From an uncultured Pelagibacteraceae bacterium (GTDB taxonomy: Bacteria; Pseudomonadota; Alphaproteobacteria; Pelagibacterales; Pelagibacteraceae): a stretch of 64,000 nt of DNA. A model generated the notes under the pieces. The model searched no databases and was not told the DNA's origin. It was given only the letters and a program-made list of their open reading frames with translations. The translations under genes and the position numbers were made by a program. The first letter of the stretch is position 1, and each line of letters opens with the position of its first letter. The stretch lies in NCBI GenBank assembly GCA_902521805.1, contig CABYTL010000004.1:7769-71768 (forward strand). Reading direction: 5' to 3'. Positions 29,988 through 44,889 of this stretch are shown here, in pieces.

Positions 29988-31907
29988 ATGCCAACAATAA
30001 CACTACCAGATGGAAACAATATAAAATTTCAAAACGAGGTAACTGGTTTAGAGATTGCTGAAAAAATCAGCAAATCATTAGCTAAACAAGCTTTAATAAT
30101 AAGTGTGAATGGAGAGTTAAAAGATTTATACCATATCATAAAAAAAGATAGCTTGATAAAAATTTTTACCGCTAAAGATCCTGAAGGGTTAGAAGTTATT
30201 AGACATGACACTGCACATATTATGGCTATGGCAGTTCAAGAACTATACCCAGGAACCCAAGTGACTATCGGTCCTGTGATAGAAAATGGATTTTATTATG
30301 ATTTTGCAAGAAAAGAGCCTTTTACAGAGGATGATCTTAAGAAAATTGAGAAACGAATGTCAGAAATAATTGATAAAGATGTCAAAACAAGGAGAGAAGT
30401 TTGGAAAAGAGAAAAAGCGATAAGTCACTTTAAAAAAATTGGCGAAAAGTATAAAGCTGAAATAATTGAGAGCATCCCAAATAATGAAGAACTTTCAATT
30501 TATCATCATGGAGATACTTGGTATGATTTATGTAGAGGCCCGCATTTAGTATCCTCAGGAAAAATAGGCAAAGCATTTAAGCTAACAAAAGTTTCTGGAG
30601 CTTATTGGCGTGGAAACTCTAAGAATGAAATGCTTCAAAGAATTTATGGAACAGGATGGGCAAATCTAAAAGATTTAAATGCATATTTAAAAAGAATAGA
30701 AGAAGCAGAAAAAAGAGATCATCGAAAGTTAGGAAAAGAGATGGATTTATTTCACTTTAGAGAAGAAAGTCCTGGCTCTGTTTTCTGGCATGAAAAAGGT
30801 TGGGCACTATTTCAAAAATTAATTGATTATATGAGAATGAAGCAAGACAATGCTGGCTATAAAGAAATAAATACTCCAGAAGTACTAGATAGAGCTTTAT
30901 GGGAAAAGTCAGGTCATTGGGAAAAATTTGGTGCAAACATGTATACTTCTATAACTCCTGATGAGAAGGTATTTGCAATCAAACCTATGAATTGTCCTGG
31001 ATGTATAGAAGTTTTCAATCAAGGTCTAAAAAGCTATAAAGACTTACCTATAAAAATGTCAGAATTTGGTAAAGTGCATCGCTATGAACCTTCTGGAGCA
31101 TTACATGGTTTATTAAGAGTTCGGGCTTTTACTCAGGATGATGCACATATATTTTGTACAGAAGATCAAATTACAAAAGAATGTCTGATAGTTACGGATC
31201 TTATTTTAGAAATTTATAAAGATCTCGGTTTTGAGAATGTCATACTTAAATATTCTGATAGACCTGATTTAAGAGTTGGTGATGATAACGTGTGGGATAA
31301 AGCTGAAACAGCTTTATTAGAAGCAGTTAAAGCAACTAAATTAGAATATAGTATAAATAAAGGTGAGGGAGCATTTTATGGACCTAAAATTGAATTTGTT
31401 TTAAGAGATGCAATTGGAAGAGATTGGCAATGTGGTACTCTTCAAGTTGATTTTAATTTACCAGGTAGATTAGGAGCTTCATATATTGATAAAGATGGTC
31501 AAAAAAAAGTTCCAGTATTGTTACACAGAGCTTTATTTGGTTCGCTTGAAAGATTTATTGGGATTTTAATTGAAAATTACGCTGGCAAATTTCCTTTTTG
31601 GATTTCTCCTCTTCAAACAGTAGTAATCCCTATTTCTGATGAATTTGATAATTATGCAATTCAAGTTTCAAAAAAAATAAAAGATGAAGGAATTAGTTCT
31701 TTTGTTGATTTAAAAAAACATAATTTAAACTATAAAATTAGAGACCATTCACATGCAAAAATACCTCTTTTGCTTATTTGTGGAAAAAAAGAAGTTGACA
31801 GTAACTCAGTAACTATTAGAAGATTGGACTCTAATAAACAAGAAAATATGGACCTAAATTTATTCTTAAAAACATTTTCTGCTTTAAATAAAGCATCTTC
31901 AAACTAA
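29988..31907 (+). CDS. thrS: Threonine-tRNA ligase
   Basis: TGS domain, DLCRGPH, KPMNCP, AFYGPKIE. Confidence 0.98.
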   Translation: MPTITLPDGNNIKFQNEVTGLEIAEKISKSLAKQALIISVNGELKDLYHIIKKDSLIKIFTAKDPEGLEVIRHDTAHIMAMAVQELYPGTQVTIGPVIENGFYYDFARKEPFTEDDLKKIEKRMSEIIDKDVKTRREVWKREKAISHFKKIGEKYKAEIIESIPNNEELSIYHHGDTWYDLCRGPHLVSSGKIGKAFKLTKVSGAYWRGNSKNEMLQRIYGTGWANLKDLNAYLKRIEEAEKRDHRKLGKEMDLFHFREESPGSVFWHEKGWALFQKLIDYMRMKQDNAGYKEINTPEVLDRALWEKSGHWEKFGANMYTSITPDEKVFAIKPMNCPGCIEVFNQGLKSYKDLPIKMSEFGKVHRYEPSGALHGLLRVRAFTQDDAHIFCTEDQITKECLIVTDLILEIYKDLGFENVILKYSDRPDLRVGDDNVWDKAETALLEAVKATKLEYSINKGEGAFYGPKIEFVLRDAIGRDWQCGTLQVDFNLPGRLGASYIDKDGQKKVPVLLHRALFGSLERFIGILIENYAGKFPFWISPLQTVVIPISDEFDNYAIQVSKKIKDEGISSFVDLKKHNLNYKIRDHSHAKIPLLLICGKKEVDSNSVTIRRLDSNKQENMDLNLFLKTFSALNKASSN

Positions 31908-32453
31908 GTGGCAGACTTTAAACAAAATTATTTTCAGAGAAGAACTAAAGATCGAGGGCCCAGATCAAACAATAGAATTTCATCACCAGAAGTTCAAGTT
32001 ATTTCAAGTGATGGAGAAAATCTAGGAGTCTTAAATACTAACCAAGCTATATCTATGGCTAAAAATGAAGGATTAGATCTTATTGAAATAGCTCCGAACG
32101 CCAATCCTCCAGTTTGTAAGATAATGGACATGGGTAAATTTAAGTATGATGCTCAAAAAAAAGCAAATCTTGCAAAAAAAAAACAAAAAATCGTTTTATT
32201 AAAAGAAATTAAAATGAGACCAGTCACAGAAACTCATGATTATGAGTTTAAAGTTAAAAATGCAAAAAAATTTATTTCAAAAGGAGACAAAGTAAAATTT
32301 ACAATTAGATTTAAAGGTAGGGAGTTACAACATTCACATTTAGGGAATGAATTAATGTCTAAGATAAAAGAGGACATGAAAGAAGTTGGCAAAGTAGAAT
32401 TGCAGCCTAAATTTGATGGAAAGCAAATGATCATGGTAATACAGCCTTTATAA
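31908..32453 (+). CDS. infC: Translation initiation factor IF-3 (GTG start)
   Basis: PPVCKIMDMGKFKY, KEIKMRP, RFKGRE. Confidence 0.97.
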   Translation: MADFKQNYFQRRTKDRGPRSNNRISSPEVQVISSDGENLGVLNTNQAISMAKNEGLDLIEIAPNANPPVCKIMDMGKFKYDAQKKANLAKKKQKIVLLKEIKMRPVTETHDYEFKVKNAKKFISKGDKVKFTIRFKGRELQHSHLGNELMSKIKEDMKEVGKVELQPKFDGKQMIMVIQPL

Positions 32454-32466
32454 TCCTTAATTAGGG

Positions 32467-32495
32467 TTGTAAATTTAAATCTTTCTTTGTATAAC
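32467..32495 (+). promoter_or_regulatory. Putative sigma70 promoter for rpmI-rplT
   Basis: TTGTAA-17nt-TATAAC ending 11 nt before the rpmI ATG. Confidence 0.55.
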
Positions 32496-32506
32496 CTCGC
32501 AGAATT

Positions 32507-32713
32507 ATGCCTAAACTAAAAACAAAAAGCTCAGCAAAAAAAAGATTTAAGATTTCTGCGAGAGGAAAGGTAATAACTGCTCAAGCAGGTAAAAGACACG
32601 GCATGATTAAAAGAACGAATTCGCAAATTAGAAAATTAAGAGGCACTACTACTCTGTCAAAACAAGATGGAAAAATTGTCAAATCGTATATGCCTTACAG
32701 TTTGAGAGGATAA
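32507..32713 (+). CDS. rpmI: 50S ribosomal protein L35
   Basis: [15 protein letters not shown]. Confidence 0.98.
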   Translation: MPKLKTKSSAKKRFKISARGKVITAQAGKRHGMIKRTNSQIRKLRGTTTLSKQDGKIVKSYMPYSLRG

Positions 32714-32714
32714 A

Positions 32715-33071
32715 ATGGCACGAGTAAAAAGAGGTGTAACTAGTAGAGCTAAACACAAAAAAGTTTTAAAAGCTGTCAAAGGACAATGGGGTAGAAGGAA
32801 AAATACAATTAGAGTTGCCCGACAAGCTATGGAAAAGGCTATGCAGTATGCATATCGAGATAGAAGAAATAAAAAAAGAGATTTTAAATCTTTGTGGATT
32901 CAAAGAATCAATGCTGGAGTTAGAGCTGAAGGATTAAATTATTCTAAATTTATTAATGGTCTTACAAAATGTGGCATAATAATAGATAGAAAAATTCTCG
33001 CTGAAATTGCTTATGATAGCCCAGAAGCATTCAAAATAATTGTACAAAAAGCTCAATCGGCTTTAAATTAA
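32715..33071 (+). CDS. rplT: 50S ribosomal protein L20
   Basis: [22 protein letters not shown]. Confidence 0.98.
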   Translation: MARVKRGVTSRAKHKKVLKAVKGQWGRRKNTIRVARQAMEKAMQYAYRDRRNKKRDFKSLWIQRINAGVRAEGLNYSKFINGLTKCGIIIDRKILAEIAYDSPEAFKIIVQKAQSALN

Positions 33072-33114
33072 TCTTCGCTATTGTTTTTATTTCTTAAGTA
33101 AATAATCTACTAAT

Positions 33115-34182
33115 ATGTCAGAGATAAAAAATATTAGGGATCAGTTTATATCAAAGCTTGAAAGTGATTTAAGCATTGATCAAATAAATAAAATCAAAAC
33201 TCAGCTGTTTGGTAAAAACGGTTTAATTTCGTCAAAATTTAAAACAATAGGATTAATTCCAGAGACTGATAGAAAAAAATTTGCATCAGATTTAAATCAA
33301 GTTAAAGACGAACTTCAGAATTTGATAACTTCTAAAATTAATGAGATTGAAGGAAAAAAGATAAATGAAAAATTAGAAATAGAAAAAATTGATATAACTT
33401 TACCTGAAAGACCATTCGTCAGGGGAAAAGTTCATCCAGTCTCACAAACTATTGATGAAATTTCATCTATTTTCTCTGAAATAGGATTTAGTGTTGAGGA
33501 AGGCCCTGATGTTGAAAATGAATATAATAACTTTACTGCTTTAAACACACCTGACACACATCCAGCAAGAGACATGCATGATACATTTTACTTAAATGAA
33601 AACAAAGAGGTTTTGTTACGAACTCATACTTCACCAGTTCAAATAAGAACTATGCTAAAAGATAAACCTCCATTTAAGATCATTGCCCCTGGAAGAACTT
33701 ATAGATCTGATAGTGACCAAACACATGCACCAATGTTTCATCAAGTAGAAGGGTTGCATATTGACACAAATATTAATATGGGGCATTTAAAAGGATGTTT
33801 GAATTATTTCATTAAAGAATTTTTTGAAGTCGAAAAAATTAAAATGAGATTCAGACCTAGTCATTTTCCATTCACAGAACCATCTGCTGAGGTAGATATT
33901 GGTTATGAAATAAAAGATGGTAAAATAATTATTGGAGAAGGAGATAAGTGGCTTGAAATTTTAGGCTGTGGCATGGTACATCCTAATGTTCTAAAAAATG
34001 TAAAAGTAGATCCTTCTAAATATCAAGGATATGCTTTTGGCATAGGTATAGACCGATTAACAATGCTAAAATATGGCATTAATGATTTAAGAGCGTTTTT
34101 TGATTGTGACTACAGATGGTTAAATCATTTTGGTTTTGATCCACTTGATGTTCCTTCAAATTACAGAGGTTTAAGTAGATGA
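33115..34182 (+). CDS. pheS: Phenylalanine-tRNA ligase alpha subunit
   Basis: [26 protein letters not shown]. Confidence 0.98.
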   Translation: MSEIKNIRDQFISKLESDLSIDQINKIKTQLFGKNGLISSKFKTIGLIPETDRKKFASDLNQVKDELQNLITSKINEIEGKKINEKLEIEKIDITLPERPFVRGKVHPVSQTIDEISSIFSEIGFSVEEGPDVENEYNNFTALNTPDTHPARDMHDTFYLNENKEVLLRTHTSPVQIRTMLKDKPPFKIIAPGRTYRSDSDQTHAPMFHQVEGLHIDTNINMGHLKGCLNYFIKEFFEVEKIKMRFRPSHFPFTEPSAEVDIGYEIKDGKIIIGEGDKWLEILGCGMVHPNVLKNVKVDPSKYQGYAFGIGIDRLTMLKYGINDLRAFFDCDYRWLNHFGFDPLDVPSNYRGLSR

Positions 34183-36587
34183 AGATCACTTATGATTGGT
34201 TAAAAGATCATTTAAAAATAAGCGCTAAAGAAGACAAACTTCTTGAGAAACTAACAGACATAGGTCTTGAGGTTGAAAGTATAGAAAACCCATCTGAGGG
34301 ATTAGATTTATTTAAAGTAGCAAAAATTGTAAAAATAGAAAAACATCCAAATGCAGATAGACTTAAAGTTTGTGATGTTGATGTTGGTAATAAAGAAATT
34401 AAAAAAGTTGTTTGTGGGGCTCCAAATGCAAGAGAGGGCCTTCTTACTGTGTATGCTCCACCGGGTGCAATAATCCCTAAAAATAAAACTAAACTTGTTG
34501 TTGCTAAAATCAGAGATGTTACATCTTATGGAATGCTCTGTTCTGAATTTGAATTAAATTTATCAGATGAAAGTAATGGAATTACTGAATTGCCATCTTT
34601 GAAATATGCAAAAAATATTGGCAAAAGTTATTTTTCTAAATCTAATTCTAATCTTATTGATTTATCAATTACACCAAATAGACCAGACTGTCTTGGTGTT
34701 CGGGGAATAGCAAGAGATTTATCAGCCTCAGGGTTTGGTGTCCTTAAATTATTAAAAGATAAAAAAATTCAATCTAATAAAAAACAGACTTTAAAAGTAA
34801 AAATAAAAAAGGAAAAAAATCAAGGTTGCTTGTCTTTTGGTAGCTGTTTGATCACTAACGTCAAAAATACAGAAAGTCCTCAATGGTTAAAAAATAAATT
34901 AATTTCTATAGGTCAAAAACCAATATCTGCAATTGTAGATATAACAAATTATGTCATGATTGATATTAATCGTCCGTTGCATGCATACGATGCTGATAAA
35001 ATTGAGAAGGGAATAATTGTTAGAAATTCAAAATTAGGAGAAGAATTTACTGCTTTAGATAATAAAAATTATAAACTAGATGATGAAATGTGTGTAATAA
35101 GTGATAACAAAGGTGTCTTAGGTCTAGGAGGAATTATTGGAGGAACAAGATCTGGTACAGAGCTAGATACAACCAATGTTTTATTAGAGTCGGCTTATTT
35201 TGATCCAAGATCAATTAGAAAAACTGCTAAGAAATTGAATATCGATACAGATGCTAAATTTAGATTTGAAAGAGGTATTGATCAGTTATCTATTGAAGAC
35301 GGATTAAATAAAGCAGTTTTCTTAATAAAGGAAATTTGTGGAGGTGAAATTAGTAAAATAGATATTCAGAAAATTGAGACTTATAAAAATAAGATTATAA
35401 AATTTGAACCAAAAACATTTGAAAAAATTACTGGTTTTAAAATTCCAACTAAAGAAATGACAAATATTTTAGATAGACTTGGTTTTAAATTAAAAAAAGA
35501 AAAAAAATTCTTCAAATTATCAGTGCCATCTTGGAGACCAGATATTGTTCAAGAAATTGATATAGTTGAAGAACTTGTAAGAATTTATGGTTATGAAAAG
35601 ATTAAAATAGAAAATCCTATTAAAGAAAGATCAAAAAATACTTTAAATCCAACTCAAAAGTTGTTTCACTTTCTTCAAAGAGCAGTAGCATCTAAAGGGT
35701 ATTTAGAGGCTATAACTTGGTCTTTTACAGATGCTAAATATAACGATCACTTTAAGGAGGCCAATAAAGAAATAAAAATTGTTAATCCAATTAGCTCTGA
35801 GTTAGGAGTATTAAGAAATTCTATTTTTTCTAATTTAGCGATGTACATGAGCAAAAACTTAGATAGAGGAATTAAAGATTTATCAATATTTGAAATAGGA
35901 CCAATATTTTATGGTTCACAACCCGGGGATCAGAATACAGTTGTTTGTGGTTTATCAGCTGGAAAAAAATCTAGACTTTCATGGGTTGAAAAAGAGAGAA
36001 ATTTAGATGTTTTTGATGTTAAAAGAGATGTTATACAAACTTTAGTAGAAGCTGGTTATAACCCAGATAAGTTCTACATAGATAGTCAAAGCCCTAATTA
36101 TTATCATCCAGGAAAATCAGGTAGAGTATTTTTAAATAAGGGAAAAGATAATGTAGCAGCTTATTTTGGAGAAATTCATCCAAATATTATCAAAACACTA
36201 GATATCAAAACAGAGTCTTTAGTAGGTTTCGAAATATTTTTAGATAATTTAAAATTGCCTAAAAAACCATTAAAAGATCAAAAAACAAAATATTCAGTAT
36301 CCGATTTTCAAAAATCCGAAAGAGATTTTGCATTTATTGTTGATAAAAAAGTAAACGTTCAAGATTTAGTAACTGTAATATCTAGAATTGATAAAAATTT
36401 AATTTCAAATATTAAAGTATTTGATGTTTATGAGGGAGATAATATTCCTGAAAATCAAAAATCAATTGCTATAAGTGTTACTATTCAATCATTTGAAAAA
36501 ACTTTAAACGATAGTGATTTAGAAAAAATTAATAATTTAATTATAAAAACTGTCGAAAATAAAATTAGCGCCAAAATTCGTTCTTAA
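34179..36587 (+). CDS. pheT: Phenylalanine-tRNA ligase beta subunit
   Basis: [22 protein letters not shown]-terminal anticodon-binding domain. Confidence 0.98.
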   Translation: MKITYDWLKDHLKISAKEDKLLEKLTDIGLEVESIENPSEGLDLFKVAKIVKIEKHPNADRLKVCDVDVGNKEIKKVVCGAPNAREGLLTVYAPPGAIIPKNKTKLVVAKIRDVTSYGMLCSEFELNLSDESNGITELPSLKYAKNIGKSYFSKSNSNLIDLSITPNRPDCLGVRGIARDLSASGFGVLKLLKDKKIQSNKKQTLKVKIKKEKNQGCLSFGSCLITNVKNTESPQWLKNKLISIGQKPISAIVDITNYVMIDINRPLHAYDADKIEKGIIVRNSKLGEEFTALDNKNYKLDDEMCVISDNKGVLGLGGIIGGTRSGTELDTTNVLLESAYFDPRSIRKTAKKLNIDTDAKFRFERGIDQLSIEDGLNKAVFLIKEICGGEISKIDIQKIETYKNKIIKFEPKTFEKITGFKIPTKEMTNILDRLGFKLKKEKKFFKLSVPSWRPDIVQEIDIVEELVRIYGYEKIKIENPIKERSKNTLNPTQKLFHFLQRAVASKGYLEAITWSFTDAKYNDHFKEANKEIKIVNPISSELGVLRNSIFSNLAMYMSKNLDRGIKDLSIFEIGPIFYGSQPGDQNTVVCGLSAGKKSRLSWVEKERNLDVFDVKRDVIQTLVEAGYNPDKFYIDSQSPNYYHPGKSGRVFLNKGKDNVAAYFGEIHPNIIKTLDIKTESLVGFEIFLDNLKLPKKPLKDQKTKYSVSDFQKSERDFAFIVDKKVNVQDLVTVISRIDKNLISNIKVFDVYEGDNIPENQKSIAISVTIQSFEKTLNDSDLEKINNLIIKTVENKISAKIRS

Positions 36588-36592
36588 AACAA

Positions 36593-38398
36593 ATGAGTTC
36601 AATTGATAATATAAGAAATTTTGCAATCATTGCACATATCGATCATGGAAAATCTACTATAGCAGATAGGATTATTCATAGTTGTGGTGGTTTAACCGAA
36701 AGGGAGATGAAAGCTCAGGTTTTAGACTCTATGGATATTGAGAGAGAAAGAGGAATTACAATTAAAGCTCAAACTGTAAAATTAAATTATAAAGCTAAAA
36801 ATGGAAAAAATTATATATTAAATATTATAGACACCCCAGGACATGTTGATTTCAGTTATGAAGTTAGTAGATCTTTATATGCTTGTGAAGGTTCAATTTT
36901 AATTGTAGATAGCACCCAGGGTGTAGAAGCTCAAACTTTAGCAAATGTTTATCAAGCTCTAGATACAAATCATGAAATAGTACCTGTTTTAAATAAAGTT
37001 GACTTACCAGCATCGGATTTAGATAGAACCAAGAGGCAAATTGAAGATGTAATAGGTATTGAAACTGAAAACGCAATACCTTGCTCAGGTAAAACTGGTC
37101 AAGGAATAGATGATATTTTAGAACAAATAATTTCCACTCTACCTGCACCTAAAGGACAAAGTTCAGCAGATTTAAAGTGTTTGTTAGTTGATAGTTGGTA
37201 CGACACATATTTGGGTGTAGTAATTTTAGTCAGAGTAATAGATGGCAAACTTTCAAAGCATATGAAAATTAAAATGATGTCTACTGATCAAGAATATATT
37301 GTTGAGAAAGTTGGAGTTTTTACACCTAAACCTTTAGATATTAATGAATTAAAAACTGGTGAGATTGGATTCATTACAACTGGAATAAAAGTTTTATCTG
37401 AGACAAAAGTTGGGGATACAATTTGTGATGCATCGAAACCTTTAAAAGAAGCTTTACCTGGTTTCAAACCAAGTAAGCCGGTTGTGTTTTGTGGTTTATT
37501 TCCTGTAGATAGTTCAGAGTTTCAAAAGTTAAAAGATGGTTTAGCCAAACTTCAATTAAATGATGCAAGTTTTTCATTTGAACAAGAAACTTCTTCAGCG
37601 TTAGGATTAGGTTTTAGATGTGGATTTTTAGGACTTCTTCATTTAGAAATTGTAACAGAGAGATTAGAAAGAGAATTTGATGTAAATCTTCTTACAACTA
37701 CTCCTGGAGTTGTTTATAAAGTTCATCTTAATAATGGTAAAATTGTTTATTTACAAAATCCATCAAGTTTACCTGATCCAACTCTTATCAAATTTATAGA
37801 AGAACCATGGATAAAAACTACTATAATTACACCGGACCAATATTTAGGCACAATAATTAAAATGTGTCAGGATAAAAGAGGAATTCAAAAGAATTTAAGT
37901 TATTCAGGAAATAGAGCTGTAGTAAATTACGAGCTACCTCTGAACGAGGTTGTTTTCGATTTTAATGATCGACTTAAATCGATGACCAGTGGGTATGCTA
38001 GCTTTGATTACGAAATTATTGAACATAGAGAGGGAGACTTAGTTAAATTGGGCATTTTAGTAAATAGTGAACCAGTTGATGCTTTAGCGATGATGATACA
38101 TAAAGATTTTGCACAGAAAACTGGAAGAGAGGTTTGTGAAAAGCTGAAAAATTTAATACCACGTCATAATTTTATGATACCAGTACAAGCTGCAATAGGA
38201 GGGAAAATTATAGCTAGAGAAACTATAAAAGGATTTAAAAAGGATGTTTTGACAAAAATCCATGGAGGTGGTGCGACCGACAGGAAAAGAAAATTATTAG
38301 AAAAACAAAAAAAAGGTAAAGCAAGATCCAAACAGTTCGGAAGAGTCGAAATACCCCAAGAAGCTTTTATAGGTGTTTTAAAAATTTCTAAAGATTAA
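36593..38398 (+). CDS. lepA: Elongation factor 4
   Basis: [28 protein letters not shown]. Confidence 0.98.
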   Translation: MSSIDNIRNFAIIAHIDHGKSTIADRIIHSCGGLTEREMKAQVLDSMDIERERGITIKAQTVKLNYKAKNGKNYILNIIDTPGHVDFSYEVSRSLYACEGSILIVDSTQGVEAQTLANVYQALDTNHEIVPVLNKVDLPASDLDRTKRQIEDVIGIETENAIPCSGKTGQGIDDILEQIISTLPAPKGQSSADLKCLLVDSWYDTYLGVVILVRVIDGKLSKHMKIKMMSTDQEYIVEKVGVFTPKPLDINELKTGEIGFITTGIKVLSETKVGDTICDASKPLKEALPGFKPSKPVVFCGLFPVDSSEFQKLKDGLAKLQLNDASFSFEQETSSALGLGFRCGFLGLLHLEIVTERLEREFDVNLLTTTPGVVYKVHLNNGKIVYLQNPSSLPDPTLIKFIEEPWIKTTIITPDQYLGTIIKMCQDKRGIQKNLSYSGNRAVVNYELPLNEVVFDFNDRLKSMTSGYASFDYEIIEHREGDLVKLGILVNSEPVDALAMMIHKDFAQKTGREVCEKLKNLIPRHNFMIPVQAAIGGKIIARETIKGFKKDVLTKIHGGGATDRKRKLLEKQKKGKARSKQFGRVEIPQEAFIGVLKISKD

Positions 38399-39485
38399 TA
38401 ATTTTTTCAATTTTTTTTAAATTTTTTTTACTTATATTTATTCTAAATGGATAATTATCATCTGTATTATCAGGCTTTGTCTCTATTCTGAAATATCTTA
38501 ATTTAAGAACTTTACATATTCGCTCACACTTTCTATTAGGGTGGTCTGCTGGAATTATTTCTACAATTTTTGTTCCTGGATTACAAAAAATTATATTTGA
38601 AAAGGCTGCACCATGCGCACCAATTATAAGATAAGAACTTTTAAATAACTTAACTTGATTATTAAACGATAATAATTCAGGCTTATAAGTTTTTATTTTT
38701 TGTTTTTGAATTAAATTTTTAATATCACTTAAATTCTTTATTTGGCAATGATTGTAATTAGATTGCGAACGATCTAAAAAAATTTTTTTTTGAGAACTGA
38801 CTTTAAATCTTTTTAAAAAAAGTTTTCTATTTTGATAAATTATCCAATTAGGAATTTTCTTAACATTTTTTTGAATATAACCATAATTATACCAGGGGTG
38901 GTCAACAGAATAAATTTCTTCAGCAAAAATATGTTTATATTTTTTACTACTCAATAACTTATTTTTATAAATACCTAAATCGCTCAAAATTTTTATTTGC
39001 CATTTTTTTGGGTCGGACAAATAAAAGTAATTTATTTTTTTTAAATCTATTTTAGAATTTAGAAGATAAATTTTTGGAAGAATATCAAAAATAAAATGGA
39101 AGTAATTATTACCACTATTCCCTTGACAAAGATTAAAAATTTTTCCTTTTATTTTTTTAGTAAATGACGGTGTACCTTGCTTAATAACAGAATTGTATTT
39201 TAAACTCTCGAATTTTCCATTTATTTGTTGGTAAGATATTTTAGGTAAAACATAATTATTTTTAATTATTGCAACATTTTCATTATTATCTGTAAAAATT
39301 CTTGCGTTGTCGACTTTGTAAATATTATATTTCTTACCATCATATTTTTTAAATGATGAAGTATTTATTTTTTCTTTTTTGATAAACTTGATACTTTTAT
39401 CCGATATTAAAAGTTTCCCATACAAATATTTAAAAAAAATTTGAATAGAGGCTCTATAATACAATTTTAATTTTTTCTTAATCAT
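38388..39485 (-). CDS. Glycosyltransferase family 61 (DUF563-like)
   Basis: [28 protein letters not shown]; start set at ATG 39485. Confidence 0.85.
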   Translation of the reverse strand: MIKKKLKLYYRASIQIFFKYLYGKLLISDKSIKFIKKEKINTSSFKKYDGKKYNIYKVDNARIFTDNNENVAIIKNNYVLPKISYQQINGKFESLKYNSVIKQGTPSFTKKIKGKIFNLCQGNSGNNYFHFIFDILPKIYLLNSKIDLKKINYFYLSDPKKWQIKILSDLGIYKNKLLSSKKYKHIFAEEIYSVDHPWYNYGYIQKNVKKIPNWIIYQNRKLFLKRFKVSSQKKIFLDRSQSNYNHCQIKNLSDIKNLIQKQKIKTYKPELLSFNNQVKLFKSSYLIIGAHGAAFSNIIFCNPGTKIVEIIPADHPNRKCERICKVLKLRYFRIETKPDNTDDNYPFRINISKKNLKKIEKIINL

Positions 39486-39508
39486 GTATTGTAAATTATT
39501 AGCATTAA

Positions 39509-40534
39509 ATGAAACATACAATTAAATGGGGCATTATTGGGTTAGGAAACATAGCATATGAATTTGCAAAAGCATTTAATAATGTAGATAATGCAGATTT
39601 ATTAGCAGTTGCAAGCACTTCAAATGAAAAATTATCAAAATTTAAGAAGAATTTTAATATTAACAGTGAAAATATTTATGATAATTATGAAAAGATATTA
39701 GATAATAAAAATATAGATGTCGTTTATATAGCACTTCCTAATTCACTTCATTTTGAATGGTCATTAAAAGCTATTGAAAAAAAAAAGAATATTTTTTTAG
39801 AAAAACCAGCTTTTATCAATCTTACACATGCAGAAAAACTATTTAATAATAAAAACTTTAAAAGTATTTTTTTTGGTGAAGGATATATGTATCGTTACCA
39901 TCCACAAATCATTGAAAGTATAAAAGTGATAAAATCTGGTCAAATTGGAAAAATTTTGTCAATGAAAACTTATTTTGGTATAAATCTAATTAATAAAAAA
40001 AATTTTTTTGGTTTTAAAAAAAAAATTGATTTTAATAAAAGAATTTTCAATAAGAAATTAGGAGGAGGAGTAATCTTTGATCAGGGTTGCTATACTACAT
40101 CTATGAGTTTATTGGTTGCTTCACTTTACGAAGATATTGATGTGAATAATTACGAACTTATTGATATTAAAACTGAATATATAAATTCTGATATCGATAT
40201 AGACAGCTCTGCAAAAATAAATTTTGATAATAAGTTTTATTCAATAATGAATGTATCCTTCAATAGAGATTTAGGAAAAAAAACAATTATTATAGGAGAA
40301 ACCGGTAAAATAATATTAGAAAATAGCTGGAACCCTGGAATAGAAAAAACCTTAATAGAGGGAAAAATAAATAAAGTTTTAGAATTTAAAAATCTTAAAA
40401 ATTTATATTCTTTGGAAATAGAAAAAGTAAGTGAAGACATTAGATGCAATAGAACAGAGTCCAGTTTTCCTGGCATAAATAAAAAAGAAATTTTTTTAAA
40501 TTCTAAATTGATAAATAATTGGGTGGATGAATAA
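39509..40534 (+). CDS. Gfo/Idh/MocA oxidoreductase
   Basis: WGIIGLGNIA, YIALPNSLH, EKP, GGGVIFDQGCY. Confidence 0.92.
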   Translation: MKHTIKWGIIGLGNIAYEFAKAFNNVDNADLLAVASTSNEKLSKFKKNFNINSENIYDNYEKILDNKNIDVVYIALPNSLHFEWSLKAIEKKKNIFLEKPAFINLTHAEKLFNNKNFKSIFFGEGYMYRYHPQIIESIKVIKSGQIGKILSMKTYFGINLINKKNFFGFKKKIDFNKRIFNKKLGGGVIFDQGCYTTSMSLLVASLYEDIDVNNYELIDIKTEYINSDIDIDSSAKINFDNKFYSIMNVSFNRDLGKKTIIIGETGKIILENSWNPGIEKTLIEGKINKVLEFKNLKNLYSLEIEKVSEDIRCNRTESSFPGINKKEIFLNSKLINNWVDE

Positions 40535-41336
40535 TACTAGATTAATAGATTGTATTACCTTTTTTGATAATATCTTAATGTTTGAATTAAGATTTAATAT
40601 TTTAAAAGATTATGTTGATCAGTTTGTAATTTGTGAATCTAAATATGATCATAGAAATAACGAAAAAAAATTAAATTTTGATATAAAATTTTTGAAAGAA
40701 GATAAGATAAAATATGTAGTTTTAGATAAACCATTTCCAAATCAAACAGACATATGGGAAAATCAGGCTATTCAAAGAGAGTTTTTATTAAATAGTTTAG
40801 ATGAATTTGTTGAAAAGGATGATTATATTTTTTTCTCAGATCCAGATGAAATACCTAATCCACATTTATTTAAAAATTTTGAATTAAAAAGAAAATATGG
40901 AATTTTTTTTCAAAAATGTTTTAATTTTAAGTTTAATCTTTTTAACCCTTATGAGACACCCTGGGAGGGAACTAGAGTTTGTAAAAGAAAAAATCTAAAT
41001 TCCATTGATTTTATGAGACAAAAAGTCAGATCTAAAAATTTGAAATATAATTTTGTTAGATTTGATAAGGAAAAAAGCATTGAAATATTTAAAAACGGTG
41101 GGTGGCATTTCAATAATATTATGGAACCTGAATTAATATCATTAAAATTGAAAACATTTGCTCACTCAGAATTTAGTGAAAAAAAATTTTCAGACGTAGA
41201 AATAATAAGGTCAAAAGTAGATAAGAGAATTGATCTTTTTAACAGAGGTCATCAATATAAAAAAGTTGAGCTAGACAATACTTTTCCAGAATATCTAGTT
41301 TATAATCTAAAAAAATATAAAACATTTATATTATGA
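40527..41336 (+). CDS. Glycosyltransferase family 17-like (MGAT3-type)
   Basis: IDCITFF...[38 protein letters not shown]. Confidence 0.82.
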   Translation: MNNTRLIDCITFFDNILMFELRFNILKDYVDQFVICESKYDHRNNEKKLNFDIKFLKEDKIKYVVLDKPFPNQTDIWENQAIQREFLLNSLDEFVEKDDYIFFSDPDEIPNPHLFKNFELKRKYGIFFQKCFNFKFNLFNPYETPWEGTRVCKRKNLNSIDFMRQKVRSKNLKYNFVRFDKEKSIEIFKNGGWHFNNIMEPELISLKLKTFAHSEFSEKKFSDVEIIRSKVDKRIDLFNRGHQYKKVELDNTFPEYLVYNLKKYKTFIL

Positions 41337-41342
41337 TTTTTA

Positions 41343-41432
41343 GGAGAGGTGGCCGAGTGGTTGAAGGCGCACGCTTGGAAAGCGTGTAAAGGGGAAACTC
41401 TTTCATGGGTTCGAATCCCATTCTCTCCGCCA
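41343..41432 (+). tRNA. tRNA-Ser(GGA)
   Basis: GGAGAGG acceptor, TTGGAAA anticodon loop, long variable arm, GTTCGAATC, encoded CCA. Confidence 0.97.
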
Positions 41433-41540
41433 TTGAATTAACCTTATTTTTCGAAGATAATTTGAGCTTTAGATTTTATTTAATTGATTAAATTTAAGCA
41501 TTTTTAATTAAAAAATGTTATAATTTTTATTTCCAAATAA

Positions 41541-43604
<2,064 letters not shown>

Positions 43605-43605
43605 T

Positions 43606-44889
43606 ATGAAGTTTTTTGAGACTTCAAAATATCATTTTTTTAAAAAATCGACTTATGTATATTTAAGATGGATTGGTATAATTGGACAATTACTATCTGT
43701 TTATTTTGTATATTTCTTTTTAAATTTTGATTTTAATTTTTTGATTTCAAATTTAGTAATTTTAATAGGAATTTTGAGTAATTTATATTTAATTTATATA
43801 TATCAAAAAACACAATTATCAGATAGATCAGCATTTATCTTTCTTGTTATAGATATATTTCAGCTTGGAGCGTTATTGTATTTAACCGGAGGAATTGCAA
43901 ATCCATTTGCTATATTTTTGTTGATACCTAGTGTTTTTTCGTCCTCAAATTTAAGCTTTAAAACAAATTTCTTATTAGTATTTCTTACTATTGTAACAAT
44001 TATTTTTTTAACATTTTATCATCTAGACTTACCCTCTCCAATTAGCGATCATTTCCATGTAAGTCCGTATTATTTTTATGCTATGCCCATTGCTTTAGTA
44101 ATTGCATTAATTTTTTTAAATTTTTTAGCAATGTCTTTTGGAAAACAATCTCGATTAAGAAGAGAAGCATTGGCAAAAATGGAGGTATTGATGGCTAAAG
44201 AGCATGAACTTTTGACTTTAGGCGGTCATGCTGCTGCTGCGGCTCATTCGTTAGGGACACCTTTATCTACAATCAAAATTATCACACAAGATCTTATCAA
44301 ACAATTTAAAGGACAAAAAGATATAGAAAAAGATATTGAATTATTATCAAGCCAAGTAGAAAGATGTAATAAAATCTTGAAACGTTTAACCTTAAATCCT
44401 GTAGAAGAAGATGATTTTATAGATAAAGACCTTACAATGAAAGATTATTTGAATGAAATTGTTTTATCTTTTAAAGAGATAAGCAAAAAAAATTTTATTT
44501 TAAATTTTGATCAATTTTCAAACAAAGAGAAATTACCGAAATCTGTAGAAATTGTTTATGGTCTTAGAAACTTTATTGGAAATGCAAACAAGTTCTCTAA
44601 AAAAAATATCTATATACATTTAAAGAGTGATAATAAAAATACTGAAATAATAATTGAAGATGACGGAAACGGTTATCCGAAAGATATACTATCAAAAATT
44701 GGAGAACCTTATTTGAAATCAAAATATCAATTTGAAAAGTCAAAAATAGGTTTAGGTCTTGGGTTATTTATTGGAAAAACACTTTTAGAAAAAAATTTGG
44801 CATCAATTAACTGTAAAAATTCTCAAACTAGAAGTGGAGCAGAAGTTATTATTAGTTGGAAAAATGAAGATTTATTCAATCTTCAATGA
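43606..44889 (+). CDS. regB: RegB/PrrB/ActS redox-sensing histidine kinase
   Basis: Six TM segments, GGIANPF quinone motif, [12 protein letters not shown]-box, redox Cys (ERC), G-boxes. Confidence 0.92.
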   Translation: MKFFETSKYHFFKKSTYVYLRWIGIIGQLLSVYFVYFFLNFDFNFLISNLVILIGILSNLYLIYIYQKTQLSDRSAFIFLVIDIFQLGALLYLTGGIANPFAIFLLIPSVFSSSNLSFKTNFLLVFLTIVTIIFLTFYHLDLPSPISDHFHVSPYYFYAMPIALVIALIFLNFLAMSFGKQSRLRREALAKMEVLMAKEHELLTLGGHAAAAAHSLGTPLSTIKIITQDLIKQFKGQKDIEKDIELLSSQVERCNKILKRLTLNPVEEDDFIDKDLTMKDYLNEIVLSFKEISKKNFILNFDQFSNKEKLPKSVEIVYGLRNFIGNANKFSKKNIYIHLKSDNKNTEIIIEDDGNGYPKDILSKIGEPYLKSKYQFEKSKIGLGLGLFIGKTLLEKNLASINCKNSQTRSGAEVIISWKNEDLFNLQ

